Origin: an uncultured Alphaproteobacteria bacterium
GTDB lineage: Bacteria > Pseudomonadota > Alphaproteobacteria > RF32 > CAG-239
Assembly (NCBI GenBank): GCA_934270475.1
Contig: CAKQPS010000001.1
Coordinates: forward strand, 42,480-106,479
Direction of reading: 5' to 3'
Length of the DNA stretch: 64,000 nt
A program made the position numbers and the translations under genes. Shown one piece after another: positions 39,961 to 47,819 of this stretch (positions are counted from its first letter, which is position 1; each line of letters opens with the position of its first letter). The notes beneath the pieces are model-generated. The model worked only from the letters and a program-made list of their open reading frames with translations, ran no database searches and was not told where the DNA came from.

Positions 39961-41928
39961 ATGGCTGATAACAAGCAAGAAGAAATGCAATTGAAAAAAG
40001 CGGCTAATCTCTTTTTAAAGGCAGTAAAAGAAAACGCCTCCGACAAAAAATTTTCGGAATTGCTGGCTAAAAATCCCAAATTGTTAGTATCTAAGGAATT
40101 TACGGATAAATTGTTTCCGAATCAAATGACAAAACAGAAAGGATTTGCTTCTTTAGACAAAATGATGATGAACATCAGCAAAGTAAAAGAACTTGCCGAC
40201 AAAGGCATTATCAGTTCGGAACAACTTGAAACATTTATGGAATCCAGCCATTCGCAAACCGGTGAGACTTTTGCCACCGCTGCCGCTCAGCAAGCTGAAG
40301 CCGCCAAAGAAAAAGCAAATCATGAAAATCCTTCTTTTTCGGAAGAAGGAAAAAACAAGCTGTCGGATAATTTGCAAAACTATGAAGACTGTTTGGAAAA
40401 AATGGAAGAACTCGGCGTACCGATGGATTTGCCAAACCGCGCCGGAAAAAATGCGAAAGATATATATTCTAAAAACGCCGAAGACAGCAAAGATTTCGCA
40501 AATGCTCTGCAGGTCAGCATTGAAGACAACAGCAATGAAAAAGGAAATTTGGAAATAGACGGCGAAGCGCTGAAAGTTAAGGTTGAAGAAAAACCGGTTG
40601 AAGAAAAACCGGTTAAAGTAAATGTTGCGGAAGAATCTAACAAAAAAGAAGAAGATGAAGTCGACGCCGATGTTACAAAAGCTCCGAAAGATGATTCCGC
40701 TAAAAGCGGCAATTCTGACATCGATCTTGTAAAAGAACAAGACATTATTGATTATATGTATAACCAATGGTTCTTAGCATCTGTGAATTGGACAATTCGC
40801 AAAGGAGTCCGCTGGTCTGATAACAAAGTGGACAACCTGTGCGAAAAATTTGATAAAAAATGCATGGAAAACAGCAAAAATAAAGAAGAAAAACAGAAAA
40901 ACAGAGTCAGTGAATTTCAAAAAGGCGGACAATATCTGCTGACCGACGGTGCTAAAAAATTAAGAGACGGTTACTCGGTTGATAAAGATAAAAGACTGGC
41001 AATGTGGAAAGAAGTTGCCGCTAACTTAGGCAAAGACCCGCAGACTTGGACGGTTTTGAATCCGAAAAACGACAAAACTAAGCAATTTATCTGCATGATA
41101 AATACCGAATACAAGCAAGACCCGCAGCATTGCACCAACAAAGTTAAAGGCATTATTCAAAATTATGATAAAAATCAAGATGAAGAAACTCAGCTTTATG
41201 CTTTAGCCGTTGAGCTGGCTGCCACCGAAATAGCCTATGAAGGAATGGGCAGCGGACGTGCCAAACGCGGAGTGCAATTCCAATATAACTTGGGCGATTT
41301 AACCGCTAAAGAGATGGATACAAAGCTAAAAAAGAGAACTATAGAAAAAACCAAAGAATTGCTGGAAAACCTTGAAAAATTACAATTATTTGCAGAACTA
41401 AAAGCAGCTCAAGAAGGCATAACTGATAAAGAAAAGATTGAAAAAGCAAAAGGCGATTTTATCAAAGTATATCTTGATACTTTATCCGATAAAACCATTG
41501 ACTGTCAGAAAAAACTGCTGAAAGATTTGAATGAAGAAAACTTCAGCCGCGCCAAAACCGGTGTTATAAAAGACTTATTCAATAAAGGACTGTCTAAAGA
41601 TTCTATTGAGAGCTATTCGGCTATAAAAAAGCTTAAAAACATTGATAACTTAGGCTATTCTGTACTTGTTAAAGGGCACAAGGACGAAATTAAAGACTTG
41701 CGGGCTGATGCAGTAGAGCGCCTTACAAAATCTCCGCTAGATGAGTTAAATGACAAGTTCAATAGAAAAATGCAACAAGAGACCACTTCTCAGGAAGAGC
41801 ATAATTCCCGCGAAACTAAATTCAGACAGCTGAAAAAAGAAATACTGAGAGGTGAAAATTCCGGTAAAATATTGAACGACAAAAATAATGGCTTAAACAA
41901 TCTTTGGAAAACATCGCAAGGACGCTGA
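39961..41928 (+). CDS. Hypothetical Lys/Glu-rich coiled-coil protein, 655 aa (operon gene B)
   Basis: GGAG RBS; long ORF with a strong codon periodicity; internal EEKPVEEKPV repeat. Confidence 0.55.
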   Translation: MADNKQEEMQLKKAANLFLKAVKENASDKKFSELLAKNPKLLVSKEFTDKLFPNQMTKQKGFASLDKMMMNISKVKELADKGIISSEQLETFMESSHSQTGETFATAAAQQAEAAKEKANHENPSFSEEGKNKLSDNLQNYEDCLEKMEELGVPMDLPNRAGKNAKDIYSKNAEDSKDFANALQVSIEDNSNEKGNLEIDGEALKVKVEEKPVEEKPVKVNVAEESNKKEEDEVDADVTKAPKDDSAKSGNSDIDLVKEQDIIDYMYNQWFLASVNWTIRKGVRWSDNKVDNLCEKFDKKCMENSKNKEEKQKNRVSEFQKGGQYLLTDGAKKLRDGYSVDKDKRLAMWKEVAANLGKDPQTWTVLNPKNDKTKQFICMINTEYKQDPQHCTNKVKGIIQNYDKNQDEETQLYALAVELAATEIAYEGMGSGRAKRGVQFQYNLGDLTAKEMDTKLKKRTIEKTKELLENLEKLQLFAELKAAQEGITDKEKIEKAKGDFIKVYLDTLSDKTIDCQKKLLKDLNEENFSRAKTGVIKDLFNKGLSKDSIESYSAIKKLKNIDNLGYSVLVKGHKDEIKDLRADAVERLTKSPLDELNDKFNRKMQQETTSQEEHNSRETKFRQLKKEILRGENSGKILNDKNNGLNNLWKTSQGR

Positions 41929-41933
41929 AAAAA

Positions 41934-42422
41934 ATGATAGAAAAGACTCTTCACTGCATTTGTGTTTTAGCCGCCGGAGCATTGTTCAGCGCTTTGCTGC
42001 TGCTAATCTACCAGCTTGCCTTTTTTTACTGCTATCAAATAGACATTATGGCTCCGCAAACCTATGCCTCTATCCGCAATTATTGGGATGACGGCGGAGT
42101 TTTGAAAGCCGGCGATTTATTTATGCTGATTGGGATTTTTTCATATTTTCCATTGATATTTTTTGTTTGGCGCAAGTTAATTAAATATCAATATATGAAC
42201 CTGATTACCAAGCCTGTTAACTGGCTGGCAAATTTGGGAATGGACAAATACAGCGGCGGTATGCCGGAAGTAAATATTAAAAACCTGAAAATTGAGGAGA
42301 GAAAAACTATAGAACAACTGGTGCAAGAGCGTATAGAGCTGGAAAATAAAAAGAATCCTAAAACCGATACAGCGCAATTTAGAAAAGAAATTGTTGAAAA
42401 GATAGAAAATGACATCAATTAA
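41934..42422 (+). CDS. Hypothetical small membrane protein (operon gene C)
   Basis: Two hydrophobic segments then a charged coiled-coil tail; starts 5 nt after the gene B stop (alternative start 41904 overlaps B). Confidence 0.45.
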   Translation: MIEKTLHCICVLAAGALFSALLLLIYQLAFFYCYQIDIMAPQTYASIRNYWDDGGVLKAGDLFMLIGIFSYFPLIFFVWRKLIKYQYMNLITKPVNWLANLGMDKYSGGMPEVNIKNLKIEERKTIEQLVQERIELENKKNPKTDTAQFRKEIVEKIENDIN

Positions 42423-42476
42423 CACTCTCTTTATAAATTCGTTTTATACTGACAAGAAAAATATGGAGTAAAGCGG

Positions 42477-43985
42477 GTGAAATCCTTAATTGTCTTTGCA
42501 AGAATAATTATCGTGGGGTGCCTATGGAGCATTGTCTTCGTAGAGGGCATTCGCGTAATTATGCTCTGCAACTGGCACTTTGATATTTTTTGGCCTGATC
42601 ACTGGCGCCAAGCCTATGCGCTGTGGAAAGCGGGCTGGGTAATTCGCGCGCCTAAAGAATGGGCTTTTGTGATTATTCTCGTGACATTTTTCCCAATGCT
42701 TATCACTGGTTGGTGGACGCTGTGCATGGTGGCGTGGGAACGCATTATATATGACATTATAATGTCGCCGATTATGCTTTACCGCCGCTTGATTAAAGCT
42801 CCTATCAATGTGATTAAAACCAACAATAAATACGGCGTGGTAAAGAAAAAATCATATAAACAGGTACGCCCTGCCGGTGTTGGTTTCAGAATGCCTATTT
42901 CTGATTATTCCGACAATAAATCGGCAGCTCCGGTAACGGCTGGCGTGGGCGGCAACGCGGTTTTGCCATCGCAAGTCCGTCAAGTTCCAACAGCCCCGAG
43001 CGCCTCGGCGCCAGCGGCGTCTAAAACAGCAAGAAAAACCGACATTCCGTCAACTATCGACCATGCTTTATTCAAATTTGATGATGATGACGATGATTTT
43101 GATTTGGATATAGATTCTTTTGAAAAAGCCGATATCTTAAAGAAAAAAGAACCGGCAAAGCCAAAAAAACCTCTGTTTGATGATGATGACGATGAAGATG
43201 ACGAGGATTTCCAGCCGCGCAAAAATAAACGCGATGACGACAGCGGCTCTAAGCGTTCGGCGAAAAAACCTGTTTTTGATGATGACGATGATGAAGATGA
43301 CGAGGATTTCCAGCCGCGCAGCAACAATCGCCGCAACAACAAAAACGACCGCAATTCTGACAATGGCGGCAAAGACCCGCGGCAGAAAAATAACAAGCAA
43401 AATCGTACAGATTCCAAAGCGGACAAGTCTAACCGCGGCAATAAACAAAACAACAGCTCTGATGATTCTGATGAGGCTAATACTCCGCACAGTCCGGTTT
43501 ATGACAGCCTGCAGCAAAAAGGCTACGACGTTATCGCCGGAGTTAATGTCAACAACACTGTGATTGACTTTGTCGGCGTTTCCGAAACAGAAATCTGTTT
43601 GTGTTTGGTAGACAAGGAAAACGGCGACTGGTTGGCTGATGAAGAATTGTTTAACGGCGAAGAGCCTCTGTGGTTTTCAGAAAACAGCCATAGAATTTCA
43701 CCGGTACGCAAATTAGATGTTGCGCGCAATGTGATTCGTGATAAACTTGCCGAAGAAGACTTTGAGCAAGAAGTTAAATCTTATGTGGTGGTGCAAATGG
43801 CAAACATTATCAATGCCGACGATATGTTTGAAGTTTGGAATAAAATGGATATTGAAGTAACTAGAATCAACCGCGGCGCACCGAAAGAAATTCATCTGTT
43901 TTCAAAGTCGCTTGATGAAGCCGACGGACAAATCGACCACAAAGAACTCAACCGTTTGCGCAAAGTTTTAAAAAACATTAAATAG
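42477..43985 (+). CDS. Hypothetical inner-membrane protein with D/E-rich tandem repeats and a C-terminal globular domain (operon gene D), translationally coupled to the T4CP
   Basis: GTG start with GGAG RBS; ~110-aa N-terminal multi-TM region, low-complexity linker with the repeat FDDDDDEDDEDFQPR, then a ~170-aa C-terminal domain; stop lies 8 nt before the next start. Confidence 0.6.
   Translation: MKSLIVFARIIIVGCLWSIVFVEGIRVIMLCNWHFDIFWPDHWRQAYALWKAGWVIRAPKEWAFVIILVTFFPMLITGWWTLCMVAWERIIYDIIMSPIMLYRRLIKAPINVIKTNNKYGVVKKKSYKQVRPAGVGFRMPISDYSDNKSAAPVTAGVGGNAVLPSQVRQVPTAPSASAPAASKTARKTDIPSTIDHALFKFDDDDDDFDLDIDSFEKADILKKKEPAKPKKPLFDDDDDEDDEDFQPRKNKRDDDSGSKRSAKKPVFDDDDDEDDEDFQPRSNNRRNNKNDRNSDNGGKDPRQKNNKQNRTDSKADKSNRGNKQNNSSDDSDEANTPHSPVYDSLQQKGYDVIAGVNVNNTVIDFVGVSETEICLCLVDKENGDWLADEELFNGEEPLWFSENSHRISPVRKLDVARNVIRDKLAEEDFEQEVKSYVVVQMANIINADDMFEVWNKMDIEVTRINRGAPKEIHLFSKSLDEADGQIDHKELNRLRKVLKNIK
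43163..43332 (+). repeat. In-frame tandem DNA repeat (~99-bp unit, 2 copies plus a partial upstream copy) encoding K-P-x-FDDDDDEDDEDFQPR
   Basis: AAAAAACCTsTkTTTGATGATGAyGAyGATGAAGATGACGAGGATTTCCAGCCGCGCA is seen twice. Confidence 0.6.
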
Positions 43986-43993
43986 AGGTTAAA

Positions 43994-46207
43994 ATGGCAT
44001 TAAAAGAACGTGGTGAAGAATGGAAAGAATATGACAGCGCCGTCCGCTGGATGATGATTACTTTTCTGATTTGTTTGGGACTGACAATTTTTCTGTTTGT
44101 TTTTGCCCTGCCCTTGTCATATTTGGTTGGACACGGTATTTCAAAAGCATCTTTTGAAATGATACAAAAGTTTTTGGGTTTGATTGTAGAAAAACCAAGC
44201 CATTTGTGGGCAATGTATGCCAAATGGTTCAGGCAGCTTATCCGCTATCACGGCGCTTTTTCACTTAGTTTGTGGCTGCCGATTCTGCCGTTTATTACTC
44301 TGCCGGTGGGTTTGATTGTCGGCTCTTTGCTCAGCCCGTATAAATTCCAAGTTAATACTCAAGGTTCGGCACGAATCGCAGAACTGCGTGACATTAACAA
44401 AATGGCGCTGCTGGGATTTGACGGCTTTTGTCAGGTTGTGGGCAAATTTAAAGGGCGTTTCTTAATGCTGAAAGAAACCTTATCCACTTTGTGCTGTGCT
44501 CCTCCGGGTACTGGTAAAACAGCCGGCGTGGTTATTCCGACAATTTTTAACTCCGATAAATTAAGCATTATCGTAAACGACCCGAAGCCGGAACTTTGCT
44601 ATTCCACTACCGGTGCCCGCGCTAAGGTTGGTCCCGTGTTTGTAATTAACTGGGGTGCCGAAGACAATCCGAGCGAAGGTATTTATTACCCAAGCTGGAA
44701 TCCGCTGTCGCCGAACTCGATGCCTGATGCTGGTCCGGACCGCGATATGTATGTGGACTCTATGTGCAACATTTTGGTGGAAGACCCTAAAGGCGGCACT
44801 GACCCGCACTGGTCAAATACCGGTCGTGCCGCACTAACCGGCTTTATTAACTTTGTGGCGTCTAAATGTGACCGCGCCCGCGCCAACGATTATTTTATCG
44901 GGCGAATTTATGAGGGCAAGCTGGACGCTAAAGATAAAGAAGTGCTGGAAGGCTACTATATGGAAATGCGCGATCCAGCGGCTCCGCGCGCTATTCAAAA
45001 CCTAAAAAACGGCACGTTAACCATGGAAAACTATCTGCCAATCGGCACTTGGAACTTGCTGCCGGCACGTTGGATGGGACGCGAAGCCTGCATTGCCATG
45101 ATTATGGAATGGATTACTGAAGCGCAAATCAACGCCGCCCAAGAAATTCAACGCCGTATGGACGAAGGCGACCAAATGGCTGCCATGGCCGACCCAACGC
45201 ATGATATGCTGGAAGAAGCCGTGAAAGAAGCCCGCAACTTTGGTTATTCGCAGCGCTGTATCACTGAATTAAGCTCACTCAGCAGTATGCCGGATAAAGA
45301 GCGCGGCTCCGTGCTTTCCACTGCTTTTGCCGGTATCGGCTGTTTCAAAAACCAAGCGGTAAAAGCCCGCACCAGCTTTTCGGATATTCAATTCAAAGAC
45401 CTGCGCGGTATGAAAGACCCTGTCACCGGCGAATGGAAGCCGATTTCGGTATATCTTTCCGTAAACCAAGTAGACGCACGAGCTTTGGGCGTTATCAGCA
45501 GTACATTTATTGAATTGATGTCGTCATACCTGATTTCTAACCCGCCTAACCATGTTAATAAAACAGACGGCAAAATGGGACCTTTCCCAGCATTGTTCAT
45601 CTTGGACGAGTTTCCGCAAATGCCGAAAATGAAAGCTATTATCGACGGACCTGCCGTAGGTCGTGGTCAAAAAGTGTCTTATTTGCTGATTGGACAAGAC
45701 TTGGGGCAAATCTCCGGCAAATATGGTAAAGATGACCTTGAAACGGTTATTTCCACCACTGCCTGCAAGATTATTCTTTCTCAAAACAACGAGGTTACAG
45801 CGCAGCGTTTTTCCAAGATGATTGGCAACAAAACCGTGCAAGTTTCGTCTTTTAGCCGTACAGAAGGCAGCTTGGGCAAAGACTTTAACCCGCTCGCTAA
45901 AAATGTAAATTATCAAATGCAAGGCGTGCCGGTTATCAGTTCAACTCAATTATTGAGCTTGCCTATGCTTAAACAAGTTGTTTTGATGCAAAGCTACATT
46001 GACCGTCCGATTATGGCGGATTCGCCTCGTTGGTATCTAGACCCGAAAATGCGTAAGTTGGCTAAAATACCGCCTTGCCCGAATGTTCCGGATTGGATTG
46101 TGGCACAGCGTGAAGATATCAACGACGATATGCTGGCAAAACTCGGAATTGAATATGAGGCTGACGAAGATAACGACAATTTTGAGGTCGACAGTCCGCA
46201 AGCCTAA
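43994..46207 (+). CDS. Type IV secretion coupling protein (VirD4/TraG/DotL family, T4CP)
   Basis: Two N-terminal TM helices; Walker A CCAPPGTGKTAG (~44498-44527), IVNDPKPEL (the DPKGE-type motif of the TraG/VirD4 family), Walker B ALFILDEFPQM (~45590-45615), acidic C-terminal tail EADEDNDNFEVD. Confidence 0.8.
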   Translation: MALKERGEEWKEYDSAVRWMMITFLICLGLTIFLFVFALPLSYLVGHGISKASFEMIQKFLGLIVEKPSHLWAMYAKWFRQLIRYHGAFSLSLWLPILPFITLPVGLIVGSLLSPYKFQVNTQGSARIAELRDINKMALLGFDGFCQVVGKFKGRFLMLKETLSTLCCAPPGTGKTAGVVIPTIFNSDKLSIIVNDPKPELCYSTTGARAKVGPVFVINWGAEDNPSEGIYYPSWNPLSPNSMPDAGPDRDMYVDSMCNILVEDPKGGTDPHWSNTGRAALTGFINFVASKCDRARANDYFIGRIYEGKLDAKDKEVLEGYYMEMRDPAAPRAIQNLKNGTLTMENYLPIGTWNLLPARWMGREACIAMIMEWITEAQINAAQEIQRRMDEGDQMAAMADPTHDMLEEAVKEARNFGYSQRCITELSSLSSMPDKERGSVLSTAFAGIGCFKNQAVKARTSFSDIQFKDLRGMKDPVTGEWKPISVYLSVNQVDARALGVISSTFIELMSSYLISNPPNHVNKTDGKMGPFPALFILDEFPQMPKMKAIIDGPAVGRGQKVSYLLIGQDLGQISGKYGKDDLETVISTTACKIILSQNNEVTAQRFSKMIGNKTVQVSSFSRTEGSLGKDFNPLAKNVNYQMQGVPVISSTQLLSLPMLKQVVLMQSYIDRPIMADSPRWYLDPKMRKLAKIPPCPNVPDWIVAQREDINDDMLAKLGIEYEADEDNDNFEVDSPQA

Positions 46208-46228
46208 CGTATTTAAATATTTGCCAAA

Positions 46229-46273
46229 CCGTCGTCTTTGTTGGCGGCGGTTTTTGCTTTTTTATGTATTTTG
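46229..46273 (+). terminator. Rho-independent terminator after the T4CP gene
   Basis: ACCGTCGTC-tttgtt-GGCGGCGGT stem (with G-U pairs) followed by TTTTTGCTTTTTTAT. Confidence 0.6.
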
Positions 46274-46395
46274 AAAAAAATTGCACAAAGAACCTGCCAA
46301 CAAATTGAAAATTGGCAAATGAACGGTTAAATTTAGATTGTTTAACGCACGCAAAATATTAGCTCAAAAATTAAATTTTTTAGGGGAGAATAATA

Positions 46396-46850
46396 TGAAT
46401 AAATTTTTATTGACCACCGTACTTTCTACTGTTATCGCCTTTTCGGCTTATTCCAACGCCTTTGCCAAAGCAGCTGCTAATCCGGCAGAACCAATGCAGC
46501 AAGCCGAGAAAATGCCAAAACCGCATAAAAAAATGCACAAGCTTCCCAAACCGAAAAAATTAGATAAATTCTTAAATCTGACCGATGAGCAAAAAGCTAA
46601 GGTCAAGGAAATCCGCGAGCAAAGCCGAAAGGAAATTGAACCGCTAAAGAAAGAAAAGGAAGCTATCAATGAAAAAATTGATAAAATCCATGAAGCGGAT
46701 ATGAAAAAATTTGAAGAGATTTTGACACCGGAGCAAAAGGCTAAATGGGAAGCCAGCAAAAAGCATCACGAAAAAAAATTTAAAGGCGGTGAAAAACACA
46801 AACTTCCGCCGCGCGATTTTAAGGACTTTTCAAAACACAGCAAAAACTAG
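46396..46850 (+). CDS. Spy/CpxP-family periplasmic protein (LTxxQ motif)
   Basis: GGGGAG RBS then the ATG of MNKFLLTTVLSTVIAFSAYSNAFA (signal peptide); two LTxxQ motifs (LTDEQKAK, LTPEQKAKW). Confidence 0.6.
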
Positions 46851-46857
46851 ACAAACT

Positions 46858-46900
46858 TACCGCTGGATTTTTATTTGTCCGGCGGTTTTCTCTTTTTTTA
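46858..46900. terminator. Hairpin plus T-run terminator between convergent genes
   Basis: CCGCTGGA-tttttatttg-TCCGGCGG followed by TTTTCTCTTTTTTTA. Confidence 0.55.
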
Positions 46901-47818
46901 TTTCTTATCCTTTTTATTTTTAGCCGATTTTGCGGCTTTTGTTTTTTTAGCCGATTTTTTGACTCTGGAGCCATTATTTTTTGCTGTCGGCAATAGCGTA
47001 TCATTTTTTAACGAATCCATGGCTGTATTCTCATCTAACGGACTCGGATTTTCCGGTGAAAAAATCTCCAGCTGCGACTGAATTACCATCATAATCATCA
47101 CGACATACAAACAAATAATATAATTTGCGGCAAAATCAACCACAATAGTTGTTACGAAATAAAAATTCTTATATAAAAATATTTTCAATAAAATATTCAA
47201 CTGAAAAGAGATAAAGTTGATTAAGAGCAAAATTACACCATATGTAAAAACAATGCTGAAACTTTTATCGGTTGTTTGCTTCCATATAAGTTTTAGCGAT
47301 GGAAATTTTCCATTTGCCATATAACTACCGACAGCGCCTGCCATACGCACAATTAAAAACGGTACCCAGCAGCAGGCAAATGCTATCAGAAAATAAATAA
47401 ACTCAATTTTCCAATTTGGATTCGGCTCTTTTGTAACCATAGCAACAACCATTACTAATGAAAAAATCAGCAGCAGCAAAACCAAAAACAATAAACCGAT
47501 TTTTTTCAGGCGTCCGCGTTCCAAACTGATTATATTTTTTAGAGAAAATTTTTTGCCGTTAAATTCTATATCGTAAAAATCTACAAAAAAGGCAAAAATA
47601 ACGCATAGCATTAAAAATTTATCGACAAAGAACATTGCCGAAGTTAAATTTGGACACCACCATGCTGGATTCATCATATCACAGGAATAATTTTGCCCAA
47701 AAGCTAAAGAAATTACCGTCATAATCAAAGCATAAAAAGCTATAGCTTTATAGTGCTCAAAACTGTTTTGAAATAAAGACAACGTTTTCCAAACCAATTT
47801 AGGGAATGTAAATTTCAT
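46898..47818 (-). CDS. Hypothetical polytopic membrane protein with a Lys-rich C-terminal tail
   Basis: 306 aa, at least 6 hydrophobic segments; ATG 1 nt after the dnaE stop (co-transcribed). Confidence 0.5.
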   Translation of the reverse strand: MKFTFPKLVWKTLSLFQNSFEHYKAIAFYALIMTVISLAFGQNYSCDMMNPAWWCPNLTSAMFFVDKFLMLCVIFAFFVDFYDIEFNGKKFSLKNIISLERGRLKKIGLLFLVLLLLIFSLVMVVAMVTKEPNPNWKIEFIYFLIAFACCWVPFLIVRMAGAVGSYMANGKFPSLKLIWKQTTDKSFSIVFTYGVILLLINFISFQLNILLKIFLYKNFYFVTTIVVDFAANYIICLYVVMIMMVIQSQLEIFSPENPSPLDENTAMDSLKNDTLLPTAKNNGSRVKKSAKKTKAAKSAKNKKDKK

Positions 47819-47819
47819 T

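Noticed and set aside
40153-40767. 204-aa minus-strand ORF (Phe/Ile-rich) antisense to gene B
   Set aside because: It is a reverse-complement artefact of a Lys/Glu-rich (AAA/GAA) coding region. Gene B has the RBS and the long uninterrupted frame.
42980-43563. Several ORFs of 120-160 aa overlapping the gene D repeat region on both strands
   Set aside because: They are generated by the GAT/GAC-rich tandem repeat, and only the gene D frame is continuous with the TM and C-terminal domains. The tandem repeat is coding, not a CRISPR array (two copies, no spacers).
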